This document shows, piece by piece, positions 42,298 to 52,843 of a stretch of 64,000 nucleotides of DNA. This DNA is from a virus (lineage: Duplodnaviria > Caudoviricetes), in the IMG/VR virus record IMGVR_UViG_3300006201_000008, positions 1-64,000 of that record; one strand, 5' to 3'. A program made the translations under genes and the position numbers. The notes beneath the pieces were generated by a model. It did no database searches, was not told the DNA's origin, and saw nothing but the letters and a program-made list of their open reading frames with translations. The number at the start of each line of letters is the position of its first letter. The first letter of the stretch is position 1.

Positions 42298-42445
42298 AGA
42301 AAAAGCCTATATATAGGCTTCTCTATCTATGTCATTTAGTAACGCTACATAGAAGCGTATTTCTTCAATTCATACATTTCAAACACTAATGACCCGTGTT
42401 TTTTATCAATCTACTAATTTTGAAACGCCAAGTAGCAAGCGTATA
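42298..42445 (-). ncRNA. type III antitoxin RNA (CptI-like): 3 pseudoknot units plus terminator
   Basis: Stem pairs ACGC/GCGT+CTACT/AGTAG, AACAC/GTGTT+TCAT/ATGA, ACGCT/AGCGT+TCTATGT/ACATAGA; terminator AAGCCTATATATAGGCTTTTTC; TATAAT near 42473. Confidence 0.8.
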
Positions 42446-42550
42446 AGAAACCATCAAGATTTCTTATATAATATTATACACAAATATCAGTTAAAATCTA
42501 TTGTTAATATGCACAAAAATAGTAGTAAAATTTTTACATCATGTATAAAA

Positions 42551-42772
42551 TTAGTAGCAATTATGTGACATTCTATTTCTTGAATCTCTCACGACTAAAG
42601 TTGCAGGTGTTCTTGCCCTATTTATAAAACTATTAACTTCATTTTTGGTCATGTGTGTTTCCTCATAAAATTTCATAACTTCTACAAAATCATAGTCATC
42701 TTTTTCATACTTAAAATCCTCTTCATTTTCCGTATTTGACAAAGCTTCCAATAATTTTTTTGCTAATAACAT
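42551..42772 (-). CDS. hypothetical protein; 3' end altered by an IS-end remnant
   Basis: 73-aa ORF, GAGG RBS. Confidence 0.5.
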   Translation of the reverse strand: MLLAKKLLEALSNTENEEDFKYEKDDYDFVEVMKFYEETHMTKNEVNSFINRARTPATLVVRDSRNRMSHNCY

Positions 42773-42909
42773 TATTTTACCTCATAGTCTTAATAATATT
42801 TATTATAATTGCGTTGCAAACTATCCATCGCCTATTTTCTAAGTGTATTTTCATGTAAAAATGTATTGAAAAGATACCATACAAAAATCATGTTTACATT
42901 TTAATTCAT

Positions 42910-43164
42910 TTATTTTTTAAATTTTTCCAGTTCTTTTCTATATCTAAAGCTTAAGCCATCAAAGTCATCCAATTGTTTTTTGTATCGTTTCTTTATCACT
43001 TCAACAGAATCAGTTAATTCCTTATACTTCTCACGATATTTCTCAATATCCCCCATAGAGCTTCTCAATCTTCTGTTTTCATCTGCCAATTTACTGTTAA
43101 TCTTTTTCAATCTATTAATTTCTGCATACAGCAATTCTCTCTCAGCTTTTCTTTTATTAAACAT
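42910..43164 (-). CDS. coiled-coil hypothetical protein
   Basis: 84-aa ORF with GGAGGA RBS. Confidence 0.7.
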   Translation of the reverse strand: MFNKRKAERELLYAEINRLKKINSKLADENRRLRSSMGDIEKYREKYKELTDSVEVIKKRYKKQLDDFDGLSFRYRKELEKFKK

Positions 43165-43230
43165 TTTCTATGTTCCTCCAAATTTTTGTATTAAAAAAGA
43201 GCAGCCCGGAGACTGCCCTTTGTAAAATGT

Positions 43231-43476
43231 TTAATTACATAATTTATTAATTGGTATACCTTCATTACCCTCATTCAAAAATTTGCTTAAATCACCTTTG
43301 AATATTTTTTTTTGCTTTGTTGTTAATTCAATAAATTCTGTATATTCATTATTTTTTCTATCCTGTGCTATAGATTTAGAAACTAAGCTGAAAATTGCAT
43401 TAGCTGTTTTAGTATCATTTTTAGAAACCGACTCTGTAATAGCTTTAAATGCATCAATCCGCGATACTTTTGCCAT
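43231..43476 (-). CDS. small protein coupled to the upstream membrane protein
   Basis: 81 aa, GGAGGTG RBS, 3 nt after the upstream stop. Confidence 0.7.
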   Translation of the reverse strand: MAKVSRIDAFKAITESVSKNDTKTANAIFSLVSKSIAQDRKNNEYTEFIELTTKQKKIFKGDLSKFLNEGNEGIPINKLCN

Positions 43477-43479
43477 TAT

Positions 43480-44613
43480 TTATTCACCTCCATTCTTTGT
43501 CAAATTTATTAAATTGAAAACTTCATTAATTTTTACAAATGCATCTTCCAAATATTGCTCTAAATTAAAATAGCTTAGAAAATAGAAAATATTTTTATGA
43601 ATGGTTTTATTCTTAACAGATATACCAAATGTTAAGACTGGTATTTCATTTTTGGTAAAACTGTAAAAAGCATATGTCATGTAATCCTGCCACACAGTAT
43701 AGTTATTAGCTTGATAATCAAAATCTGCGTTAACGCTCTTTATTAATGCTCTTTTACATTCATAAGATTTTTGGATTAATGAATTGTTATATGGAATTGG
43801 TGTTAATTTTTTGGTTATTACTTCTTTCCCATTTATAACTGTTAGCGCCTCATAACAGTTAGATATTTCATTAAAATAGCGAAAATGAATTCTAATACTG
43901 TCTGAACTTGTTTCAAAAATATCTTTAATTATGAATGTAGAAATTAAATATAAGAATGTTATAAAATCACTTTTAGATTGTATGGTATTACATTGAGTTT
44001 CTGTATTTACCTGTAAATCAACAATAAATTTCCCTAATCCATAAATATATTCAGGCATTGACTCTAATAACTCTTTTGTTAATACAATTTTATTATTATA
44101 AGGTATGTTGATACGTAATTTATTTTCTCCTAATTTATCAATTTCTTCCTTTTCTTCTTTTAGATTTTTTTCTTTATTTTCTAATGCAATTTCTTTTTGA
44201 CGAACAATTTCTTCCCTTTCTTCAAGTATTGGTATTCCGAGTCGTACATCAATCTCTTTTTCTCGTTTTTCATAATACTTGTTTATATAGGATTTTTGCC
44301 CAAGCAGTATGTCTCTGATCCTCAAAATATCTTTATCGTCTTTATCTTTAATCAATTTACACATTATCAACATCATTGTAAAAAAACTTATTAAAAACAT
44401 AATATATAAAAATGATGTTGTCCAAAATTTCATTTCCTGATTTTTTATTTCATAAAAGTCGTTCATATATGAAATAATACCAGTTGTTCCTCCAAGTCCC
44501 ATCAGCGATGTAATTATTTTCTTCCATGAACTATCAAATGTAATAAAAAGTAATGAAAAAATGACACCTATCACTAATCCAATTATAGCATAACATATTA
44601 TACCTGCAATCAT
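43480..44613 (-). CDS. 3-TM, coiled-coil, GAF-like accessory protein
   Basis: Hydrophobic N-terminus, E/K coiled coil, alpha/beta C-terminal domain; own promoter; lies between TMP and Dit. Confidence 0.65.
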   Translation of the reverse strand: MIAGIICYAIIGLVIGVIFSLLFITFDSSWKKIITSLMGLGGTTGIISYMNDFYEIKNQEMKFWTTSFLYIMFLISFFTMMLIMCKLIKDKDDKDILRIRDILLGQKSYINKYYEKREKEIDVRLGIPILEEREEIVRQKEIALENKEKNLKEEKEEIDKLGENKLRINIPYNNKIVLTKELLESMPEYIYGLGKFIVDLQVNTETQCNTIQSKSDFITFLYLISTFIIKDIFETSSDSIRIHFRYFNEISNCYEALTVINGKEVITKKLTPIPYNNSLIQKSYECKRALIKSVNADFDYQANNYTVWQDYMTYAFYSFTKNEIPVLTFGISVKNKTIHKNIFYFLSYFNLEQYLEDAFVKINEVFNLINLTKNGGE

Positions 44614-44758
44614 TATTTATCTCCCCGGCTATTAATATTTGTTTTATAATTGACATTATATACCAATAATCGACAAGATACCATACTGAACATATGTTTC
44701 TATATATAAACATTATTATTAATATAATCAGAGAGGCTTTTACACCTCGCCGATTATA

Positions 44759-47700
44759 TTAATGCCTGTAATTTACAAAATATTTATCAAAACGGGTTCC
44801 AAATCCCATTTGGCTACTGACAATATAATTAATCATCTTCTCAAAATCATGGTCTTTCTGCATCTTGCACATAAAATCCTCATAATTCATTACATTTGGA
44901 AGATTGATATTTACATTATCATATTCTATTTTTACGGAAGTGTCTGATGGCCTTAATTGTGTTTCAGGCATTTTCATCATCTTATCCAGCATAGGAGTCA
45001 GTTTTCTAAGCGATTCAAAATCAGGCCCTTTGTTTACATATTCCTGGATCATCTTTGTCTGCTTTTCATTAAAGACGCTTTCCTTTGGCTTTAATGCAAC
45101 CAGCCTGTTATCTCCATTAGAAGCAGGCTGTATGCCAAAATCCCGAACCTTCAGCGCGTCATCAGGGACAATGCCGCCGTTTGAAAATCCGTATGCCTGT
45201 AACTTCTCAAGCATTTTCATCTTGCGTTTAGAGTGATTTGGATTCTCCGTCGCCAACTGTTTGGATGTGTAATTAAAGCCAAGATACTCAGACAGCTTCG
45301 CCATTTCGTCAACTGTCAACGCGCTTCCATATTTCCCGTAAATATATTTGTTTAGGCTGGAAGCTTTCTTTGGATCGTAATCTGCATTGGTTCCGTTCCT
45401 TAACAAGTCTTCTATGAATCGTTTGGTTGCCAATCCAGTAGAATCCATATTTGGCAATTTACTGACATCTATATTCGAAGGGCTGTTTGTATTTCCTGAG
45501 TTATTTGCGCTGCCAGTGTTGCTTGATGAATCATTGATTGAATAATCCGTATGATCTGTATCAGTCGTGTCATATTTTCCCTGATATCCGATGGATGCAA
45601 TTGCATCTTTTAATCCCTGGAATTCAGCAGTAATACCAACATAGGCATTGTGAACTTCATTTACGATATCGCTTAGTGATTGTGTGACTGTGCCGCCAAC
45701 GCCGAGATAGGAGTCTAAATGCCCCATGCCTTCAATGGACGCAATGATCTTTTCCATCTCAGCGGTTATTTCATATCCATGTTCTTCTGCTGTGATTTTG
45801 ATTACGTCCTGTACGTCTGATGCTGTCTGTGCAAATAAGTCCAGACCTTCTCTCAAAAGCCTGTCATGATCCTTCATTACGTCATCTATGAGTTTCGCAT
45901 ATTCATCATAGAGGTTATCAAGCATATCCTGTTGGTCTGAGATATAGCGGTCATATTCCTGGTCATCAAGTGACGATTCCGCTTCTTTCAATTGTGACTG
46001 TAATTTCTGAATGCGTGACTCTGTTTCTTTGGATGTATCGCCTTTTAATGCAGCAATCTGTTTCCGCAGGGAATTGATATTGTCTGTCTGTTCTTTCAGC
46101 GATTTTGCGTAATCATGTAAATCTTTCTCGGCATCAAGTTCCGCTTTTTTCTTTTCAATCAGCTCTTTCAAATAATCCAGTTCAGACTGGTATTTCTTAA
46201 TCATCATGTCTACAATTTTGGACTCATAATCGTAAACATGTTTGATTTCATCTCGATAAGAAGAGTAGAAGTCTTTGATTGCTTTCTTTAGTTCAAATAC
46301 AGAAGCGTATTCCCTTTGAATGCCATTTGCATCAATAAATGATAATGTCCCGCTATCCAACGCATCCTGCATAGAATTGATTTCTTTATGGAATGATTCA
46401 GCTGCATCCTTACAGATATTCATCTGGGAAACATATAACGACAATACCGCAAGCCCATCCTTTGTAAGTGCGCCTGTATCTTCATCACTCAAATCATCGC
46501 CCAGCAAAGTAATTAACAATTCCGCTTCGTCCGTAACTTCATGAAATGCATCCACAATGTCATTCTGAATGGTGTCTGCAATTGCATTGATCGCGTCTTT
46601 ATATTCCTTCACTTTCGAAAGAGAGTCAGCCTGCGCATTCTGTACGCTTTGAATCGCATCCTGACATTCATACCAGGCAGGAGAGAACATCTGAATATTT
46701 TTCAATTGTTCGACAAGGCTTGTTTCTTCCTCTTTTAATTTTGCAAGTGACTCATTTTCAAATGAAATCTTATGGTTGTAATAAGATGCGTCCACAAGTC
46801 TTCCAGACGCTTCAACTTTCTTTATCTCATTATCAAGATCGGAAATGTCATTGCTGATTAAAGAAATTTTATTCTCAAACTCTGTCTGCACGTTATCGAA
46901 CATTGCTTTATAAGCTTCTGCAATTTTAGCCTGCTGTTCCGCTTCCAGACGTGCATATTCCACGTCATCCTCATGCAGCTTTGCAATTTCAAGCAGGTGT
47001 TTGTACTGTGTGTTAAGATATTTGATATTTTCTTTTTCGTATTTATTCTGTTCAGAAGCAGAAGTAGATATTTCGCTAAGCGCGTCATTCTTATCCATCT
47101 TATCCTGTGCGCGGTCTGCAACATTCTGATGTTTTTGAATCTCATTCTCACGCTTTGTCTTTATCAGCTCTTCATTAGAAATCTTTTTGTTTAACGCGGC
47201 TTTATCCAGCCAGTCAAGAGAGTCATTATAACTTAATAACTTCTGGTATGCGTCAGGATCAAGCTTTGCAACTTTGTCCATCAGGCTTTCGGGAATCTCT
47301 TCCTTAGACTCCATCAGTTTCAGAATTTTATCTTTGTCAGAGCTGCTTAATTTTTTAACCTTGTTTACAGCCTTCTTTGCATCTGTTCGGTTGCTGTTGA
47401 ACAGTTTTGCCGTGTCCGTGTATTCCTGTTCGGATTCTGCATTGCGTTCCGTAGCGAACCGTGTTTTGACATTCAGAATATCGTTCTTTTTCTTGACATC
47501 TACCTGGGCATTTTCGTACCGTACATCCTGCAATGACTCTTTGTCAGAAATTTTATCACGTCTGGCAGAGTAATAATCGCTGATATTCTGAAACTGCTGT
47601 TCAATGATATCCGCTGTTTCTTTTTCAAGTTCAGCGCGTAATTTTGCAGCTTTTACACTGTCGTTTTCTAATTCCGCAATCTTAATCAGGTGTTTGTATT

Positions 47701-50700
47701 CTGTTTGCAAAAGATCAAGATTCTGACTCAGGTATTTATTCTTTTTCTTTGGAGTATCTGCATTTTCGGCAAGCACTTCATTACGTTCCATTTTTGCAGA
47801 TGCCTTATCCGCAATATTCTGATGCTTTTCCGTCTTATTCTGTAAACGTGCCGCTGTTTCTGCCTGTTGCTGTTTTTGTAAGTCAAACCTTGCGTTATCT
47901 AACTGTTCACGGAAAGCTTCGTTCTCCATGACCGCTTTGTTGTATTCCACACAAGAGTCATATACACTCTGAGATTCGAGCTGTGCCATTAAATCCGTTG
48001 GTATCTGTTTGCCAGCATTGATACAGGATTTGATTCTCTTGATATCCGCATCCGAAAGACCAAATTTCTTTGAGCCAAATGCCTTTCTGGTCTTATTTCC
48101 TTTTGACTTTACATTATCAAGAGACTTACCATAAGATTTTGAAACATCATTATAAGCCGTCTTAAACTGTTTTGTCTTGGACTTTTCAGCGGAAAGTATC
48201 TGATCAGAAATGGTATTGAATTTCTTAATGGAATCTCCTGCAGTTCGCATGGTCTTCGCATACTGACTGTGTTCATATACAGCATCATTATACTGTTTGC
48301 ACTGTTCATAGAATGCGCCATCTGTAATCTTATCCAGAATCTTGGCAGGGATTGTCTGACCATTTTTCATCTGCTTTTTGATTGTATCAATATCTGTCTT
48401 TTCCAGACCAGCAGATTTCATTTGCGCTTTAGTACGCAACCCTTTGAGTCCCTTTTTAACGTCTGTTTTAGAACTTTTGAGTGTCTTCTTTGTAGAGTCG
48501 TATTTCTTAGGATCGACAATCACAGCACTAATGTTTTCACGTTTGGAATTTAAGATATCCAGCCTTGTATCCAGAGTTTCAACATTCTTATCCCGCTTTT
48601 CGATTGGGATTTGAGCCATTGTCTTATACAGTTCTTTTAGATCATTGTTCAGTTCATCAATCTTATCACGGCAGGACTTCATCTTGTCGTACCATTCCTG
48701 ATACGATTTAATGGCGTTCTTTAATTTTTCATTTGTGATTGTCTCAATGTCAAATGAACCTTCGCGGACAAGTTTCTGATAATGAGCCAGCGTCTTACTG
48801 TCAATGCCTGGGACAACTTTTGTATAGGTTGTTGTCGTAGTTGAAGATGTGTCGTTGGATACAGTCGATGAAGCGGAAGAGGATGGAGTGTTATTGATAC
48901 TGCCAAAACGTTTACCTCCTACAAAATCTTTTCGATCTGATAGGTAAGAGACTTTGGCTGTCTGCCCGCTTCCAGGTTCATGAACAAACTGCCCACCACC
49001 GATATAAATACCAACATGTCCTACGCCGCCAGCTCCTTTGTAGCCATTAAAGAATACCATATCTCCAGGCTGTAACTGGTCTTTGGTTACTTTTACGCCG
49101 ATATTCTGGTCATACTGTGCCTGTGCCGTACGGTCAAGGTTAATCCCATATGCTCTGTATAACTGCTGTGTAAATCCAGAACAGTCCGCACCGTTTGTTA
49201 AACTTGTGCCGCCCCATATATAAGGAAGTTTCCCTACATACTGCATTGCATCATTGACAACGCCTGCAGTAGAGCTTGCAATATTAGAAACGGCATCACT
49301 TACAGCATTGGACACATCCTCTGTAACAGTTTCAACTGTCTCTTTTGCAGCATCCGCAGAGAATGTTTCAGCAAATTTAGCATACTGCTTCATTGCTTTA
49401 TATTCCGCTTCTAATGCCTTTGTTGTTGCTTCAATGGCTTTCTGCGTCTGTTTTTTCTTTGCGCCGAAAGAGAGAAGGTCACTGATTTTATCCTTTGCTT
49501 TTGATGCTGTGTCGATCAGGTTATTGAGTTTGATTTCAATAAAATCAATGTTCTCAGCAGTTTCTTCTTTCTTTTTATCTTCCTTTTCTTTCTCTTTCGC
49601 AAGACGTTCACGGGTATCTTTGGTTGTTGTGCCGCCTGTAAAATCAACTTTGAATTCAGGAATCTCTAATGCTTTGCGCAAGTTTTCTTCAATGCCAGAT
49701 ACAATGTCATTAACAGCACTTTGAGCATCATCCTGTTTCTTCTTATTTTTTGCAAAGTTTTTATACAGTTTCGTCTTTTTTATGGCAGGGATCTTTTCAG
49801 CAGCTTTTTCAAAGAAATTACTGGTAGCATTTCCTATAGCACTTCCAACAGGGTTTGTATAATCAAACGTATTCAGGTCAGCCATTGCATTTTTCAGATT
49901 TTTAATCTGTTTAGTAGTTGCGCCAGCCTGTACCGCAAGTTTCAAAAGATTATCACAATCAGCCTGTGTTTTCAGTTCTGTTTTGCTTAACTCCCATTTT
50001 TCAAGCGCAAGTTTAGCAAGATATTTTAATACCTCTTCGGATGTCTTTCCTTCCGCAATGAGTGCATTGATTTCCTCATAAGTTGCTTTTCTGAGGTCAT
50101 CACATCCATGTGCAGTTGCGTATTTTTGTGCTTCAAGCATCTTCTCATTTTCGATTAACGCCTGTTCAACAATCGCAGCTGCATTTGATACACCCATCTG
50201 TTTTAACATAGCAACGGTTCCAGCTTTTGTAGCTTCTGTTACTTCACTGAGTACACCAGAACCTTTGATATATGCCGCTGTTAACTTATTAAACGCATCC
50301 TGACACGCATTAATATCGTTAGGAGAATTAGATACCGTATTAATGAAATTATCATATTCCTCTGTATATGAGCTGAACGCTTCTTTGAATCCATCATTGT
50401 TTAATATTGATGACCAGTCGAAATCTTCCTTGTCAAGAATGTCTGCGTATATTTTGTCTAACTGATCTAAGCCTTGGGATAATTTTTGAATGTCTGCGAG
50501 GGGATTATTTGTAAGTTTAAAAGAAAGATTATTATTTAAGTCTTGTGCTTCCTTATTAACACCTGTCAAAGACTCTTTCAGAGCAATCAATGCTTTCTTT
50601 GTTGTTTCATCTAAATTTTGAGTATTGATTACCTTATCAATCTGTTTAATTACTGATTTTAATTCAGTATTCATAAGATTCTGAATTTTCTCAGTAAGTT

Positions 50701-52717
50701 CTTTTACGGAATCACCCGTAATGCCAAAATCTTTTATAAGAGAAGATTCATCAATAGAAGTAAAAGTTCCATTTTTAAGTTTCTCAAGATATGACTGTAA
50801 AGTTGATATTTTTTCATTATACTTATCAATTGCCTCTGGGTCTGCAAGTTTTGTTAATGCCTCTGAAACAGATGTAATTTCTGTTTCTTTTGCAGCTTGC
50901 TCTTTGGCTTCATTAATTTTCGCAATTAATTCATCCCATGATTTTATGCTATCACGACTAACTGAAAATGCAAATTGTAAGTCTTCATTACTTAGTGTAT
51001 CAACTAATTCTTGTCCGAATGCATCAACTAATTGTTGATAATTTTCAGATTTTATCAACCCCATTTTCTCAAGTAATGCGATTAAATTTTCAACAGTAAG
51101 ATTGTACTCATCTGCAACTTTTTTTAATTCACTATAAGCATCTATTTGTTCCTGTGTCGCTATATTCGGGTTGAAATTCAGAATATCTTCCGAAGAAAAT
51201 GTAGTAATACCATCTGATTTTCCATCGATTTTATCTAAAGCATCAGTAACCTTATCTTTTAATCCGTCTGTATTTGGTTCAAAATCTAATTCAAAGCTCC
51301 ATTCACCGAATATCTGTTGCATTTCTGGATACATTGATCTGAAATAATCAGCAACATCATTGTCAGAATTTTTAAAAGCTAAAGAAATTGCTGATTGTAA
51401 AGTTTCAGAATATTTTTCACCTGCCGCTTTGATAGATTTTTCATCTCCAGAAGTGACAGCTTCGTTATATGATTCTTTTGCTTTATTTATCTGATTAAAT
51501 CTATCATCATATCCAATATTGTCAGAATTATCTAATATTTTTTCATATAGTATATATGTTTTATATGAATCTTTGTATGCTTTTAATGTTTCATCCATTA
51601 CATTCGCAATTCTTGTAATGTCTGATTCGAATTCATTTGAAACTTTAAAATTTTTCGACAATTCTTGTATTTCCAGTAAATCTTCATATATATCGTTAAG
51701 ATTGCCTTTAAGGATGAATTTTTCGGTGGATGGAGAAATATCGAATGTTTTAGAAATCAAATCGTCTAATGTTTGATTGCCAGTTTTTTTGATCTCATAA
51801 AAAGCATGTTGCATACTGTTAACCATTTTATCTATATTGCTTTCAGTTGACATATTCAGCATATCCCATGCACCCTGAAAATCAAATTCGGTTAACTTAA
51901 AAAATGCTTCTGTCAGATTGCCGCTTGAAAAGAAATCTAAAGCAAATTGCCCGAAAGTCTTATCATTAAAATTATTTTTCCATTCTTGATATTGTCTTTC
52001 TGAAAGATAATCTAATGCATCTGCCTGTCCATTAATAGCCTGTGTAACAATATCAATAGTATCTTTTTCAGTACCGAATTTTTTAATTAATTCATCCTGA
52101 ACTACCATTAAATCTTTTCGTGCCTGTGTGACATCACTAATGGAAGAAGAATTATCATTTATTGTTTCATATAACTCTTTGATTTTTTCTTTATACCCAT
52201 TAATAGAAGATTCTGTTTCCTTGAATTCAGAAGATAATTCTTTTGCGCTGTTTAACAAATCTTCATTTGCACTGATCATTTGATTTATGAATGATAATGC
52301 TTTTGATATAATAAGAGATAAACCAACGCTTGCAAGTACATTTCCAGCTATTGAAAGACCTTTCATTACAGCCATGTTTGCTTTTGCAGCTATAGTTGTT
52401 GTTTTAAGTCCTTTTGTTAGTTCGTCCGCACTTTGTCCTGCTAATAATGCATTCCGTGTATATTGTTTAGCAGCAACCGAACAATTCACCATATTTTCGC
52501 ACCAAGCTTTACTTGTACTGACACCATTTTTTAAAGCATTTGCGAAATTTGTTATTCCTTTAACATCATTTTGTGTTAATTTATCACCACTAAAAATGGA
52601 ATAAATTATACCTTGTCCAGACTTTATATTTCGTTTCATAGTATGTAAAGTACTATTAAAAATAGAAATACCTTTCGCTGCTCCCGTAGCATCGTCGTAA
52701 ATTGTTTTGAATATCAT
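44759..52717 (-). CDS. tail tape measure protein with NlpC/P60 peptidoglycan hydrolase domain (possibly only the C-terminal part of a split gene)
   Basis: About 2650-aa helical protein upstream of Dit; LPYIWGG...ADCSGFTQ...HVGIYIGGGQFVH; in-frame ATG at 52717 (MIFKT) inside the repeated element. Confidence 0.92.
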   Translation of the reverse strand: MIFKTIYDDATGAAKGISIFNSTLHTMKRNIKSGQGIIYSIFSGDKLTQNDVKGITNFANALKNGVSTSKAWCENMVNCSVAAKQYTRNALLAGQSADELTKGLKTTTIAAKANMAVMKGLSIAGNVLASVGLSLIISKALSFINQMISANEDLLNSAKELSSEFKETESSINGYKEKIKELYETINDNSSSISDVTQARKDLMVVQDELIKKFGTEKDTIDIVTQAINGQADALDYLSERQYQEWKNNFNDKTFGQFALDFFSSGNLTEAFFKLTEFDFQGAWDMLNMSTESNIDKMVNSMQHAFYEIKKTGNQTLDDLISKTFDISPSTEKFILKGNLNDIYEDLLEIQELSKNFKVSNEFESDITRIANVMDETLKAYKDSYKTYILYEKILDNSDNIGYDDRFNQINKAKESYNEAVTSGDEKSIKAAGEKYSETLQSAISLAFKNSDNDVADYFRSMYPEMQQIFGEWSFELDFEPNTDGLKDKVTDALDKIDGKSDGITTFSSEDILNFNPNIATQEQIDAYSELKKVADEYNLTVENLIALLEKMGLIKSENYQQLVDAFGQELVDTLSNEDLQFAFSVSRDSIKSWDELIAKINEAKEQAAKETEITSVSEALTKLADPEAIDKYNEKISTLQSYLEKLKNGTFTSIDESSLIKDFGITGDSVKELTEKIQNLMNTELKSVIKQIDKVINTQNLDETTKKALIALKESLTGVNKEAQDLNNNLSFKLTNNPLADIQKLSQGLDQLDKIYADILDKEDFDWSSILNNDGFKEAFSSYTEEYDNFINTVSNSPNDINACQDAFNKLTAAYIKGSGVLSEVTEATKAGTVAMLKQMGVSNAAAIVEQALIENEKMLEAQKYATAHGCDDLRKATYEEINALIAEGKTSEEVLKYLAKLALEKWELSKTELKTQADCDNLLKLAVQAGATTKQIKNLKNAMADLNTFDYTNPVGSAIGNATSNFFEKAAEKIPAIKKTKLYKNFAKNKKKQDDAQSAVNDIVSGIEENLRKALEIPEFKVDFTGGTTTKDTRERLAKEKEKEDKKKEETAENIDFIEIKLNNLIDTASKAKDKISDLLSFGAKKKQTQKAIEATTKALEAEYKAMKQYAKFAETFSADAAKETVETVTEDVSNAVSDAVSNIASSTAGVVNDAMQYVGKLPYIWGGTSLTNGADCSGFTQQLYRAYGINLDRTAQAQYDQNIGVKVTKDQLQPGDMVFFNGYKGAGGVGHVGIYIGGGQFVHEPGSGQTAKVSYLSDRKDFVGGKRFGSINNTPSSSASSTVSNDTSSTTTTTYTKVVPGIDSKTLAHYQKLVREGSFDIETITNEKLKNAIKSYQEWYDKMKSCRDKIDELNNDLKELYKTMAQIPIEKRDKNVETLDTRLDILNSKRENISAVIVDPKKYDSTKKTLKSSKTDVKKGLKGLRTKAQMKSAGLEKTDIDTIKKQMKNGQTIPAKILDKITDGAFYEQCKQYNDAVYEHSQYAKTMRTAGDSIKKFNTISDQILSAEKSKTKQFKTAYNDVSKSYGKSLDNVKSKGNKTRKAFGSKKFGLSDADIKRIKSCINAGKQIPTDLMAQLESQSVYDSCVEYNKAVMENEAFREQLDNARFDLQKQQQAETAARLQNKTEKHQNIADKASAKMERNEVLAENADTPKKKNKYLSQNLDLLQTEYKHLIKIAELENDSVKAAKLRAELEKETADIIEQQFQNISDYYSARRDKISDKESLQDVRYENAQVDVKKKNDILNVKTRFATERNAESEQEYTDTAKLFNSNRTDAKKAVNKVKKLSSSDKDKILKLMESKEEIPESLMDKVAKLDPDAYQKLLSYNDSLDWLDKAALNKKISNEELIKTKRENEIQKHQNVADRAQDKMDKNDALSEISTSASEQNKYEKENIKYLNTQYKHLLEIAKLHEDDVEYARLEAEQQAKIAEAYKAMFDNVQTEFENKISLISNDISDLDNEIKKVEASGRLVDASYYNHKISFENESLAKLKEEETSLVEQLKNIQMFSPAWYECQDAIQSVQNAQADSLSKVKEYKDAINAIADTIQNDIVDAFHEVTDEAELLITLLGDDLSDEDTGALTKDGLAVLSLYVSQMNICKDAAESFHKEINSMQDALDSGTLSFIDANGIQREYASVFELKKAIKDFYSSYRDEIKHVYDYESKIVDMMIKKYQSELDYLKELIEKKKAELDAEKDLHDYAKSLKEQTDNINSLRKQIAALKGDTSKETESRIQKLQSQLKEAESSLDDQEYDRYISDQQDMLDNLYDEYAKLIDDVMKDHDRLLREGLDLFAQTASDVQDVIKITAEEHGYEITAEMEKIIASIEGMGHLDSYLGVGGTVTQSLSDIVNEVHNAYVGITAEFQGLKDAIASIGYQGKYDTTDTDHTDYSINDSSSNTGSANNSGNTNSPSNIDVSKLPNMDSTGLATKRFIEDLLRNGTNADYDPKKASSLNKYIYGKYGSALTVDEMAKLSEYLGFNYTSKQLATENPNHSKRKMKMLEKLQAYGFSNGGIVPDDALKVRDFGIQPASNGDNRLVALKPKESVFNEKQTKMIQEYVNKGPDFESLRKLTPMLDKMMKMPETQLRPSDTSVKIEYDNVNINLPNVMNYEDFMCKMQKDHDFEKMINYIVSSQMGFGTRFDKYFVNYRH

Positions 52718-52780
52718 ACTATTATTATTTTGTGTTATGTGGAGTAACACATATATATTGTAGATTTGTGGAGAATCTAC
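52703..52780 (-). repeat. twin-hairpin/MIFKT element, copy A (at TMP start)
   Basis: TGTTTTGAATATCATACTAT; TGTGTTA-tgtggag-TAACACA; GTAGATT-tgtggag-AATCTAC. Confidence 0.9.
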
Positions 52781-52809
52781 TTGAATTATAATTATAGCAG
52801 CGGTATAAT
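52781..52809 (+). promoter_or_regulatory. sigma-A promoter for the zinc-ribbon gene
   Basis: TTGAAT-17 nt-TATAAT. Confidence 0.75.
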
Positions 52810-52843
52810 TATAAACATAATAAAATGTGGGGGTATTTGTCTT

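Noticed and set aside
52718-52750. TMP start at GTG 52750 as given in the ORF track
   Set aside because: It lies in a hairpin stem not conserved among copies; the start at 52717 is in the conserved core
52731-52780. Plus-strand GGA loops as CsrA sites in the cargo-gene 5' UTR
   Set aside because: The predicted plus-strand promoters start downstream of the hairpins, and the loop (UGUGGAG) deviates from ANGGA; not fully excluded
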